Of a DNA stretch of 64,000 nucleotides, positions 15,078 through 28,499 are shown piece by piece. The position numbers and the translations under genes were made by a program. Source of the stretch: Fimbriosthenelais zetlandica (lineage: Eukaryota). The notes under the pieces were generated by a model. That model ran no database searches and had not been told where the DNA came from. It saw nothing but the letters and a program-made list of their open reading frames with translations. The stretch spans positions 27,032,001 to 27,096,000 of the forward strand of contig OZ365113.1 of NCBI GenBank assembly GCA_977030845.1, in the 5' to 3' direction. Each line of letters begins with the position of its first letter. Positions within the stretch are counted from its first letter, which is position 1.

Positions 15078-15986
15078 GTAAGTACAAATATGTATACATA
15101 GCCTGGGAAATAGCTGTATTCGGTTAGGGTAAATCTGAACATTTTAATTCCTATGCAGATTCCGTCGCAAAATTTTCTAATTTCTACATATATTATATAT
15201 ACTAATATAAGCCTGCAGCACACTAATCCGAGAATCTTATTAGGGTGTTCCAGGCTAATTATAGTATAGTCCAGTAGAAGTGATATCCACCATGACAGAG
15301 CGCCCCAACATTTAGTATAGTAAACCTCAGCAGGCTGAATTATGGCTGAACCCTGTCATTGGATTTAGAGTGTAATCCTCTCGTTGTAATTGATATTTCA
15401 CCCATTAAGAAAGGCCATTAGCCTTTATGAGAGGCGAGCAATCCTAATCAAGTGATGGGCCGAGGAGGAAGCTAGAAGCATTTAACAATTACAACAAAAA
15501 TAATCTAATTAATTTACGAAAAATCACGTCTTGCTTCGATCGTCATGCCCAGAATAATCTTTTTATCCATCCGGACCGGTATTTAAAAATGTTGGAAACG
15601 GAGTTCCACTTACCATATTTAGCTGGCGAGTCTTAGCCTAATTAATCAGTACATTTTCTTTTTGTACTGATAATTGTAATTGTTTATGCGATTCGTCAAG
15701 ATATTGCAAATAATAGTATATTGTACGTTTGTGAAAAGTATTATGAGACATAATATTTCACTGGGTCCTATAGATATACCAACAGATATAAATAGAAATG
15801 TCAACACTAACCGAGGTTGATTTGAAAAGATAATGTCATTGTAAATATGTCACAAATACTTGTAAGCTACATATATATAACTTTTAATACTTTGTATAGA
15901 TGTCTCGTATGTACAATAACGAAAGTTATCTAATTTTTCATCTGGATAGAAAGGATAGTTTGCCCAGGGAAAAGGGAAATTTGACA

Positions 15987-16100
15987 TGCTAAGCCTAAAG
16001 GCTTATTTTTGTTTTGAAACAGGTCCCAGGAGCCCATTTCAAAACAAAAATTAACCATAGACTTAGCATTACTAATTTTTCTTTTGAAATAGGTCCCAGG
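15987..16100. mobile_element. Interlocked inverted repeats (MITE-like)
   Basis: TTTTGAAA(C/T)AGGTCCCAGGAG occurs twice. The central segment is inverted relative to both flanks. Confidence 0.5.
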
Positions 16101-19100
16101 AGTCCGCCACTTACACTGTAGGTTTTCATCATCTCAACACATTGCAGTGACGATGTTTTTGTGATCTATACATATGTCCTAATGGGAAAATAACCGTTAC
16201 ATAAATCACATAATTATCTGCCTAAAACATTGAGCCTATATCTGACCTCTTAAATGTTCATAACTCTTATAGGTGAAGAGAATAAATGAATAGAAATGAG
16301 TAATCATCCTGTGATGCATAATTCGATTTTAAACTGATATCACCTACCGCTATTGGCTGATAATGGACGAGGGTGTCATGTGATTTTTGAACTTTTCATT
16401 TATCATCCACCAGCGCCAGCTAAAGTTCAGCAGGCAGCTATGATTCTTCAGTTTGAAACAGAGCTACTAATAACACAGTATCCTGCCTTAATCCGACTCC
16501 CATCTTTTTAAGTGAAAGATGGCATTGCAATAATCTGGCCTCTCCGTTATAGCTGCCCCGCGATCAAAATTCGATTTAGTTTCTGTTTCAGTGTCATTTA
16601 TATTACTGATTAATGTTGTTCTTCACTTTGCTGAACCACTTTCGCTTGAATTCTTGACGGGGACCTTCATTTTTGTGGACCCTGTTTCATCCTTTATCTT
16701 GTTCAATTGCCCGTATTTGACTGGGACCGGAGCAATGATGCTGAGAAAATGCTGAGGTAGCATTTTTAAAATGCATGTTCTGTTTTTCAGCTCAGGAGCT
16801 CTTGTTTAATTCATTTAAATCACATCTCTTTATGGCAGTATTATTGGCACATAAAATGTCTTACTAATTCTTTAACCTATAATTTGCCCCCCAAAATGGG
16901 GAAATTGTGGAGTCCAAATGACTGGGCCGTGCACCACCGCCTTCCCTCCAGTGTAGACGGTGGGGCAGAGCGTAAAAAGCCGGTCTACCCACCAGGCCCT
17001 GGGTGGGAGTTCGACTGACTGCTTTTCCTCAAGGGTAGACACTAAAAGGTTAGACGGAGCCCGGAAAGCCAAAGATCATCTGCACCTACGATGGGACACC
17101 TAACCACCACCCCCCCCCCCCCCACCCATCTAGGCCTCCCCCCAGGGCTGGCTGGGAGTCTGAGTGATTAGTGATCATCATTATATTAATATGTAAGACA
17201 AATACACTTCACAAAGGACTTCCTGTGATAAATTCGATAAGCAATAATTAATTCTGACACAAAAAGTCCCCACTGTAAAAACAGATTCTCATTGAGTGAG
17301 TGTTCTTGTCAAAGCCATTATAAACTAAATTTTAAACAACCGCAGATTGTTCAGCCTCTACAAAATAATATTTGATTTATTATTTGTCCCATTGTTTGCC
17401 TGCAGAGACTCTCATTGAAACAGATATCACAAGGCTATATGTTACAACATAATGTCATTTCCTTCAAGGGAAAGGTAGAATAGCTGTAAAAGGACTGTGG
17501 AAATTCAATTAGGTTGAAATCAATAGCAGAGCCATTGAATTATCTAATTGTTATTTAAACTGATTACTCAACCTAATGCATCCCTTTGAAAGCAGGAAAA
17601 ACTCTGTATCTATGGGCAGAAATTAATAAAAAATAAAAAAGCCACAGCATCTCAGAGTCCATACATAAATAAGGATACCAGCTGCTTCCCCTTCCAGTTT
17701 GTTCTTAGATGGCTGAAACAGATATGAAATATTATTAGCATTATTTGCTCTCTCTGTAAAAGTACCTCTCTACAGCTATTTTTCCTTGGTTTTAAGGACA
17801 CTTTTTAATGCTCAGCTTGTAGTACGGTACCGCCTGTTCCTCTTGACAGGGTCGTTAGTTAGGTGCTGTCATGAACCTTCAGCCCATCTTTGCCAGGGGC
17901 CTCATGGGAGCTGTCACTAGTGTCAGAGCTCCATGTTAAGGGATGTGTCATATTAACCTATTATCCTATACAGCTCTGCTTTAAATAACTCCCGTCAAGA
18001 CCCTTCATTGATGGTCTAAATAAGGGTTATAATCACATTTCATACGAAGATTTCTCACTTTCAGAGATCAAATAATATTTATGACCTTGAAAAATAAACT
18101 GTCAAGCAACGGGCAATATATTCCACATGGATCCCACATCCATCAGAAATGTATGAAATATTCTCAGGAGACAGTAAAACCAGACTGCACCATTAAATGC
18201 ATGACGCCCTACACACCATCCATCTTTCTCTCACTAATAAATGTCTATTCCTATTCCCTCCACTTTAACAAACGCCAGCCACAGTGTCCTCTGAGAGTAA
18301 TGTGTAATCTCACAGATTTGTTTTGTTTGCCTGGCAAAAGTATATAAAAGAGAAAACTAACGTTACATATATAGGAAATCCATAAATAAGAGGGCCTACA
18401 AACGGGGAGTTCATATTGGCAAGGACACGTGCCTGCCAGGCAGATTCCCCTAAGTGTCATTTCAATATCAATCCTGACACTCGGTTTAATCCAGCCTTGA
18501 AGCCTTCCTGGAAAGTTCTATCAAAACAGATCCGAAAAGACGTCTTTCAGCGAGAAAAGGACAACAATAAGTTGGACTGCACACAACATTGATATCATGT
18601 GCTGAATTGGAACCATAACCAGGTCCTGTAGAAGGAATAATAAAATGCCTGTTTCAAAATGTTGAATCATGAACCATGAAGAATTGGGCCCATTGCAGAA
18701 GATCGGCACACGTCCCAAAATCTGTCAAAATACCTATTTAAAACCTCTCAGGCAAAAGACATTACACAGCATGCCTAATATGCTAAGACAGTGTCTTAAG
18801 AGCTCTAGACACTGATAAGGCCCATTATCTATAATCCATTGACTAACATGGCATACGAGAAGTAGATTCTATGTAGGCGGCAGAAAAAAACAAGCAGTGT
18901 GATATATCATATCTATAGGAGACAAACAAGTTATTAAAGGCAGATTGGTATTCAGATTTTGTCCACCTGGCACAGTATTGTGGAGCATTGAAAGGTGATA
19001 GCTTTAATGCACGTGATGTTGTCTATAAGTTGCCTTTATCGCCATCTCTAATGGCAGGATGGCAATCATTCACGCGCGCCATCCGCACCTTTCCTGCTTC

Positions 19101-21479
19101 AGTCAGTTTCGTGATGACCAGGGAATGCTTAACGAAAAAGATGCGAAAGGTAGCGGATAGCAATTACATGTCTCAAGTTCCACTGGAAAGCATCAAATGA
19201 ATTATATGCCATCATTAATGTATTGCATAGCATTGCTTTAAGTTAGTCACATCCCTGGTACCATCACCTCATCATCATTCCTCTGTGACTTACTTTCTGA
19301 AACCATGGTATCAGAAAATCAGTTACAGCGGGATTCAGCCCCAGGATTGGGCCATTAGGCTGTGTGGAATTAATTGATGTAAGAGGGGGGAAATGGTAAG
19401 GTACAGGTAGGTCGCAGGTATCAAAGTGAAAGCAATGCTCTGACAGAAATAAATCCTGAAAATATATAGAAGAAAGTGTTTCTATTAAGGAATACCTAGA
19501 ATAGTAAAGAGAGAAAAAGATATGCTGGGGAAGAAGGCACAAAACTGGGCTCGAGAAAGAAGTAGTACTATATATAGGTGCATAATAAATTGTAGTTCTA
19601 AAAATGATATGAAACATTGCCTGAAGATATTTGTCTGTCTGCCAAATGATGATTTTGTTTTTATTACGCGGCACCGCAAACAGAGCGTGCTCTCTGATGA
19701 GGCATTATTCACAGACCCTCAATGTACATTCTCATGGGGAATCAGAGATATTGTGTAATCGCTCTGATACACAATACAGCCGTCTCTGGAATGTTCTATG
19801 AGTAAGAGTCCATGGTGGATGATGGTAAATCTATTGATGGGACACTATCTACCACAGTTACACGACAGTGGTCTTCCAACCAACCGAACATTAGTGGTCA
19901 TCCCCGGCATCGTGTTGAAGCACCATGCGTCTGTGGACAACAATCTATAACAATCAATGTATGGACCTAAATAAAAAAAGGCTCTTTTATTGGTCACGGC
20001 ATTGGAACAAATTCCCCAGATCTGCTGTTATAGTAATTGAATCATGCCCATTAGACTGATTTCTGCGATTCTTTTCAATTCACAGAACAGATATTTGGAA
20101 TCATACAAAAGGGAGTTCCCAAGGCTGTCAACGTCACGTACACTAACGTCACACCTTTTGTGTAGATCACGTCATCAGTTTCTGCGTGTGTTCGCCAGGC
20201 ACAGACAATTTCACCTTGGAAATGGCAGACTATAGTATACTTGTATATTCTACCAAATATTGCTTAGCAAATCAGTCGAAGACCTTTCAGAATGTCCAAA
20301 AAGATGTCTAAGTATGATGAGAACTTGTTTGTCAATGGGAAAAGAAATTGTCATTCACAATCATATCCATGGACTGATTGGCTCATGAATATTATTGGGA
20401 GTCCCCAGGCTTGTTTATCCAAGTGAAATCTCATGAGCAGGGTGTTAGGGATCAGATTATTGGCCACCTGCTAGCTCAAGATATCAGAGACCAAGCTTTT
20501 TATCCCAATGAGGATGGGACTTCTGTTAAATAGGTTTTGTCGGTAATTCAAGCAGTAAAGGGAACGATTTATGAAGCATACAAGAATAGCCTGGAGAATT
20601 TTACTTATTCAGGCTGAACAAAAAAAATAGGTCACTTCCCGCCTGTTCTTTTCTTACTCTCTATATTCTAAACCCTTCATTATAGGCACAGACCTGAATA
20701 CAGAATGGCTGTATTACACCTTTAAGAGAGGTCTCCATACAGCTACAGTCACTTGTTTTGAACAAGAGAGCTAATTTTCATGAAGATATTTGTTCGGGTT
20801 TTCTTGTATATCAACAACTGCCATTGATGAAACATGATGAAACATTGGCCTCATTTCTTGCTGGACAATAGTGTTCATTATCTCTGTGGTGTCTACCCCA
20901 GTGTAGGAATCTATCCAGTCATTCATCAGTCATATGATCTCTCAGTAACTTATTTATTTAACATTACCTATATCTACATTCGTCCATTCTATAATGTATA
21001 GGTATAAGTAAACAAGAACATTCATCCCCAACAAATATGTTCACATCAATGACAAATTAAACATAGTTTTCCTATAGATAGCTAAAAGCTGAAAACATTA
21101 TAGTATATATATACACGTGCGTAAATTCTGGGACATATCACCACAATTTTTAAGCAGATTACAAGATATTACATGCATATGTCGAGGAGGAAGCTTCATC
21201 GGAGCTTGCAGTTATCTATTAAATGGAAAGAAGCCATTGAGTAACTGTGGGGGACTGCCTCATCAACTTTCCTGCTAGGGTTAGTTGAACATGAATTACT
21301 CTTATGTCTTATCATTAGTATATGTGTCCGAGATATCAAACAGAATTACCAAAATGGCTTCTCTATACTTCACATCATATCAATATGATATGACCATAGC
21401 ACATTTTTCTGCAGTACTTCTGGGCGTATTAATTACGTTCAGCTCCAAGATTGATAAAGGAGGTAATATAATTTATGCT

Positions 21480-22720
21480 TCATAAGTTGCTAAAATGATA
21501 TGTTACCACAGAATGTGGTTCCATGCACCCCGGTCCAAGTAGGTCATAGGTATTAGTAAACCCAGCCCACGCAGGATGACTGTGTGGGGAAGCATTGGAG
21601 GAGATGGGTGGGTACCTTTGCAAGAATTGCAAGTCATGATTATCTAGTGAATATTTCAATATCCCTTGATACATTAATTGGATACCTAACAGGGATCATT
21701 GCCTGGAGTATCTTGCAGTGATTCTTGCAAGTGGAGCTTGTCTACGAGACCATCAACTGCAAGTGCATCAATTGCAATGATATGTAGCCAAAAGCAGAAA
21801 GCAAAAACAAGCAATTGGCATCTGCCTCGGCAGAATGAGGAGCTGGATGCACCCAGTCGATTTAGGTGACTGGGCATCTGTAACCCCAGCCCCCTTCAGT
21901 GAGGAGAGGCATTCGACATCATGGGTATGAAACTTTGCAAGAATTGCAAGTCATACATATCTAGTGGTTATCTCAAATGACCTGGTACATTAATTGGATA
22001 CCTACCAGGAATCATTGCCTGGTGATTCTTGCAGTGATTCTTGCACATGGAGCTTGTCTGCTAGTCCATCAATTGCTGCCAAAAAATGATATGTTGCCAG
22101 AATCGAAAGCAAAAGCAAGCAATTGACGGATATGGGTAGGAAACTTTGCAAGAATTGCAAAACATAAGTATCTAATGCATATTCCTAACGACCTTTTTCA
22201 CAAATTGTGTACCTACCAGGGATCATTGCCTAGTGATTCTTGCAGCGATTGCTGCACGTGGAGTTTGTCTATAAGTCCATGAACTACATAGAACATATCA
22301 ATTGCTGCTAGAAAATGACTAAGTCTTGTTGCCAGAATCGCAAGGCAAAAGTCAACAATTAATATATTCCTCCACAGAATGTGGCGGCTCCCAACACCAC
22401 CCCCCCCCCCCCCTCCGCCCACACCCAAGTCACACACCTGTACGTAGCCGGGCATCTGTACGCCCAGCCTTCTTCTGTGTGGGGAGGCAGTGGACAACAT
22501 GGGTATGAAACTTTGCAAGAATTGCAAAACGTAAATATCTATCTGGATATGTCTAATTAATTTGTACACATATTGGGTACTTACCAGGGATCATTGCCTT
22601 ATATTTCTTGCAGCGATTACTGCACGTGGAGCTTGTTTACGAGACCATGAACTTCAAGTACATCATTTTTCTGCAACAAAATGATATTTTTACAGAAAGA
22701 CGAAAGTCAGCATTTTCAAG
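21480..22720 (-). repeat. Diverged tandem array of about 5 exon-like units (three complete, two partial) with 73-74 nt spacers
   Basis: Plus-strand anchors CTTTGCAAGAATTGCAA and TAC(C/T)TA(C/A)CAGG(G/A)ATCATTGCCT each recur four times. Confidence 0.85.
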
Positions 22721-24539
22721 ACATTTCGTGGAGAAAATACATATCAGTATAGAGGACAAAGATGGACATTTATTATGTCATGTTATATAATCATGTATAG
22801 GAGAATTATTGCAATTCATAGTACCTATAGTGTTCTGAACGGCAAATGTTTCATGGACCTGCTCAACAAAAAGATGGCGTCATGTAAAAAGTCTCATCTC
22901 ATATTACACGGACAATTTCTTCCTGAGTGTTCCTCTTAACCGTGAATCGTATTTCATCATAGGTTCAGTTTACGGCCACACCCTTCTGTATCTTTTCTCT
23001 TATGTGGCCTTCACATCTCTGCCGGTAGTAATATGAACCAATTATGACCACCATTTGCTGATAGGCAAGGAATATCACCAAATCTATGGTTGTTACGATA
23101 CATTGCCACCTTGCAGTAGAGATTTAATTTCGGCTTAAGTGGGGTTCTCCCAGCTATACAAGCAACATTAGGTTGACGTACTCCGAGCAGGCGCCAAGGC
23201 ACTCCCCCGTTTTAACCCCTATGTATGGACCTTCTTAAGTAGGGACATGGAAAATAATCAGTCTTGCAGCACCTTTCCCTGTACGATATTGGCCATCTAT
23301 ATCTATAGGATGGATCTTATTTTACTCTTAGTCATCTCACTTAGCCAACCAATCCTAACACTTCACACACATGGTGAGGCCTACAAAGTGAAATTAATGC
23401 AACCAGATATAGCCCTATTTCCACGATGGCAAGCCACACGGCAATGCCTTCAATAAGGGACTTCATTTTCAATGCATTTCACCCATTTTTCAACTGGTGA
23501 AATCCCAAATTACACTCACTATTTTAAAGCCGTATAAACCTATTCTTATGGCATCTCTTGTAAATTGACTTGCAGACTCTGTGAAAGGGAGAAGGTATTT
23601 ATGCTGTGCAATACGTGGACAATTTCCTTGCACTTGGAGAATATCTTGTCCAATACATTAAGAATGTTTAGCGTTAGAGGGTTGGTCAAGTGCATCATGC
23701 TCATCCAATATAGTAATCCTCTTTATCTGAAAAACATTGATCGACCACAAAGGGAAACTATTGCATTATCCTTATTGACCAGTGCTCGCAAGTGGCCTGC
23801 CCCAGCCTTATAGAGAAAGCATCTACCAGTACCAGATGGTCTAGTATTATTAATATCAGCTCCATGCCTTATCAATACAATACTTTAAGGCTTTTATGGC
23901 AAGCGGGTTACTTTAAGCCTGTCTTTTAGAGGACATTAGAAGCTAGCCACTACCTCCTCCTCCTCCTCTCCTTCCAATATGTATGAATGGGTGTACCATG
24001 ATATCATGAGGTCCGGTCGTTGAGGGCCATATATGGGGATGAAGAATGATAAAATAGATACTCGGTTAGTACTTTATATGTGTATACTGGCTTCTTATTT
24101 CTCATTACCAGGACAACACCAATGTGAAAATGGCACCACAAGGTCTAGTATTCACGGCCTTGGGTGGTGCAGATGGATGGGTGGATGGGAGTGTGGAGTG
24201 CAGGCTGCTATACGTGGATATTAAAGTGATAAGGAGAGCTAGAGGGTAGGAGCCAGCTTTAAAACAGACTTTCCCTACGCAAGCTTCTTGAAATCCGAGT
24301 GGATTTTGAAAAGAAAAGTCCATCAACTTTTTATTGACCTTTAAAGAAGGGGTGAGGGAGGAGCACTATAAATAGTGGGACGGTATTTATATGTGGGTTT
24401 GTAAGGCAGGTCTTGGTGACAATATGACGAATTGTGATGATGAGGGTAAGACAGAGGGTAGAAAATGATAACAAAAAATGCGACATATTTTATGGACAAC
24501 CAACCCCTCAGGCTGCTATATGGCTGAGCTCGAAAGCTG

Positions 24540-27200
24540 CTGGTCTGAAGTGCCAATAACAACTTCTTTTCCATATTCAGGCAACTTGCAACAAATAAAT
24601 CCATGGGAAAACATCTGGCCCTTATGGACATATAAGCCGTAGCTGCTTGCTGTAGTTTGCTTGGAAGGACCTTCAACCAGAATGTATAACCTGGGTAGAC
24701 CTTTATTAGACACTTTTCAGTAGCCAGGCCACTTTCTGTGAAATCAGATATTTGCCGACATTTGGGTGTGAGATTATCAGTTTAGCCTCGGCAAATCTAA
24801 AGCTTAGGCAAACAGCTTCTGCATTCTGACCCTCAGAAAATACACCAGGGTCTAATATTGAGGCTAGTAAGGTGGCTGGCTGAGCAGTGGAGGAGAAGTT
24901 AGTGAGGTCATCCTGCTCCTGAAAATGCCAAGGCCATTGATTTTATTCTTCTTTGAAGGGGGCCGAGTAAGGCCAGGGCATTCACTGTTTACCTTGGGCA
25001 AACTCTTAGAGCCTTCCACTAGTATTCAAATAGCTCTTTTATCCGGCTAAAGTCTTGCAGCCTTGTCACCAAAGTTGAGCAGAGAAGTATGGAACATGCA
25101 CTATATCTGCGTCTCATTTTAGCCTTGACACATTTAACTGAAACAAAACTTGGGAAAACCTAAGAATAAGATTTTGCTGTGAAATATTTAAAGCAGGTAC
25201 CTTGGTGAAGCGTTGTTATATCAGCCATGTCATTTCAAAACCAAATGGACTTGCCTGAAAGAAAGAGCAAACTTTGAGTAAGCGATGAGGGGAAAGAAGA
25301 AAACAATACCCTAGCAAGTGGCAGCAAATTTCCCTCAAAGATATTGAGTTCCAGAAGAAGCACTCAGCAATGAATACCTAATGAGAGTGATGTCATTTGA
25401 GGTTTTCTTGATGGTCTTGAGAGAGGCAATCAATTCCTCAATGCCTCAGGTTATACATCGGAGCAAGGAGGAATTGATAGGATGATCCCCACAAAATAGA
25501 AAATAAAATTAATCTTGATTGTATGGAAAACGCTTCCCAAAGGATTGAACGACAATGAATGACAAAATCCATCGGTGAATGGTTTAAAACATGCAAACTC
25601 AAAAAGCTTATGATTCAGAGAGCATGCATAGTCGATTACAGGAAATGGATTCAAATGTTACAATTGCCTGTGACTCCATCTCTCCATTCAACTTAAAATG
25701 TGGTGCATAACAGTTCGTTCTCATGAAGTAAGGACGTTATGAAGGACCTTACCACATTTCTGAGAACTTTTATTTACATTTTAATTTTGACGAATCTGCT
25801 CATTGGGGAAGTGACTGACAGAAGGAAGTGAAAATAAAGTTCCTTGTTGGTAGAGAGAGTGGAATTAGGGAAGACTTTCTCTGAGTAATAATGAAGGACT
25901 TCCTTTTATTCCCCAACTTAATCAATAGCGCTCCTTTCCTGCTTCACCTCAAAAGACCAACTTGCTGAAGACAGCTTTTTCGTCACATATCAAAGCTAAT
26001 AAAGAAGGTTGCCTGCTCTAACTTGGCTCCTTTAACTATAAAGTGGAATGGCGCCAGGGAACACAACTTGACATTGTAGCAGAAGTCTCAAATTGGCTAT
26101 AGTAGGTTGGCAAGCAGCTTGAAAGGGTAGAAGACCGTGGTCAATTTCACACATATGTCCACAATATATAACTTTAGCAGCTATCTTGGAGGAATATCTC
26201 CGCTAAAAAAAATTGATGCACTGTATCATATGATGAAAGGTGGAGGAAAACCTTCCTTCCCAGCAAAAATAAGGCACAAATGGGAGCCATAGTATATACT
26301 TCTAAGGCAATGATCGCCTCAAGGGACATCTGTGATATTAACTCTCTCTCTGACGAGATAAGATAAGTAGAAAGTAAATGGGAACTGCCTTTCCTGACCC
26401 AGATCCTGTCCCCTAGATATTTAACTAGAACTGATCCAGATTTAATGTGTTTTGGCCCAGTTCCTAAGAAAGATTGCCTCTTTCGCAAGTTGTAGGCCGA
26501 CATTACATGGATGATACTCGCCTGAAACAGGTCAATTTGAACCTGCGCATGCGCCTGACCATACAAGGTTAGCAACGATTGGCTTTAGCAAATGTATGCT
26601 GCCATTGTTGAGGCATGTTTTCTAAGTATATTCGGAACTGATTCTTATAGGCTATAGTTCATTAAGGACTGAACTTGCTCATGCAATAAGCCAGACCATA
26701 TATATCTAACAAGGTTCTGTCTGCTCTTATCTTTGGGAACATACATGATGAATGTATCAACTACTCACTCACAAGAGTTTAGATATACAAACGCTTTGCC
26801 CATTTACCTGACAATGGTCAGTTCATTTAACTGGAAACAGGCCATTTATTTTCTTTTGTCTTGCCAAGTGCCAGCTTCCGAAGTAAGCCTCTGAGGATAG
26901 ATTACCCCAGCAGCCAGTTAGAGACAGGACAATCATGGCGCATCATGGCAGAATATGCTTTATGACAGAGTCTTCCACGTCCATGACCAAGAAGGCATAC
27001 AAGTGTCCAGGCAACTGGAAGAGGGTCATTTGATGGTCAGATGAGAGCCGACTGACCGTCTCCAGTCTGTGTTGGTTCTAATTTCCTCCCAGGACCAACC
27101 CACTGATAGCACACAAGGAATGGATTAGGGTGGTTGAATGTCAATAAGCTATGGCCAAATCGATCCAATCCCTGGAGGATCTTCCTCAAGAGTTGAGAGT
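24540..27200 (-). mobile_element. Several decayed non-LTR retrotransposon fragments (not collinear)
   Basis: VKYLG near 26420, KEVVIG near 24560, and LRKILQ plus SWEEIRTNTDWRRSV (RTE-like C-terminus) at 27050-27190. Many stops and frameshifts. Confidence 0.3.
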
Positions 27201-28426
27201 TAGCAATGGGGTGGGCAGTGTTCTAGGGTTGCCCCCTTGATAAGGAGGTATCCAGTGCTACTATATGACTTGATGATCTTTGTCATTATCCACTACTAGA
27301 AATGCGTCTAGAGTGTCTGATCAGTGTTGATTGCTGTTAAAAAATAACCCATGAACAGATTATACATGCATGTTTGCGACTAGTAATTTCCACAAGAGAA
27401 TCTCTGAATTTGGTATTTTATGATAAGGCTATAGCAAAGTCCGCGGCCCCTTTTCACTGCCTAAGTTATCACTTCCATTTGAACGGTGTACTTGAATGGA
27501 TCATATCAAATGGATGTCGTTTGCAGGGAGAAATCTATTTTTTCTCATGCACTACTGTGTGAGCATGCTCGGAGGGGGACTGCTTTTTTATTGCTTTCTG
27601 GTCCACTTTCACGATTCTTCTAATAACTGGCATGATAAGATGACCCTATGTATTCAGAGCAGATATTCCCTTCCTCACATTTCTTTGCAATATTGATGGA
27701 AATTCTCTGGTCACGCTCAATGTTTAGTGATCCTCAGGAAAGGGGTATTTTTGAAGAATGCCCATTGTATAATGCTGGATAAAGGAGACATTGTGTGATG
27801 GAATATCCCAGGTCCCCTATCTTCACAGTGATGCACAGTAAAAACGGTTACAATTTCCAACTCGTTGACCTCTCCAACCGGAGATAACAAGTTGCAGTGA
27901 AAGCCTTAGAAAGTGGACCCCATCTGAATGCTTTTCCTCCTTTCCTGGGAAAATGATATTTTACATCACGAACTGCTGAAAACAATAAATATGTTATATT
28001 CATGATCACTTTCTAGCCCAACTTTTCTCACCCGTGGTCCTTTCCAGTTCTATTTCAAAAAAGTGCATGTAACCTAATTAAGGGATCTCTTGGGGAGAAA
28101 ATCAAATAAACCAATTCTCGCGCAATTAATATGGCAATCATTGCGCAAACTGCGTCATCCACAAAGTTCTTCCGTGTCAAAACATTGGAATTTAATTGAG
28201 ATATTCGCGACATAGCACATTATCTCACGAGAATAACAAAGTTCCAAAAACCCATGGAACTGTGAATGACTATTCCAATCGAAATGTTATTCTATTTGCC
28301 TTCTCCCATTGAAATTCAAAACCTGATTTTGCTGCTGACTTTTTCCCAGTCCTTTTCGCTAATTGAATCAATTACTTCTTTATTCAACTAAGATGTTAAT
28401 ACCAGGACGTTTCCTCTTGTTTCCAG

Positions 28427-28499
28427 ATGAAGTCTCACAGGAATAGAATTCTGAAAGGCGTCATTCTTCTGCTGCTATTTCCGGCTTTCCATATGGCAG
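28427..28499 (+). CDS. Signal-peptide exon of the CUB/LDLa gene ([24 protein letters not shown])
   Basis: Strong acceptor tttcctcttgtttccag directly before the ATG and donor g|gtaggt in phase 1, which matches acceptor ...tccttgcag|tg at 33832. The peptide has a basic n-region and a hydrophobic h-region. Confidence 0.75.

Noticed and set aside
19694-19700. CTGATGA as a hammerhead ribozyme core
   Set aside because: There is no correctly placed GAAA or flanking helices.
21480-22720. Repeat-spacer pattern as a CRISPR array
   Set aside because: The context is eukaryotic, the intervening sequences are homologous to each other rather than unique, unit lengths vary widely, and there are no cas genes.
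26544-26554. NRF1-like palindrome TGCGCATGCGC
   Set aside because: It is a single motif inside decayed retroelement-like sequence with no other promoter features.
1052-28400. Dozens of 60-150 aa ORFs in the ORF track
   Set aside because: No recognisable domains or consistent splice-phase chains. Their lengths are as expected by chance, and several start at non-ATG codons.
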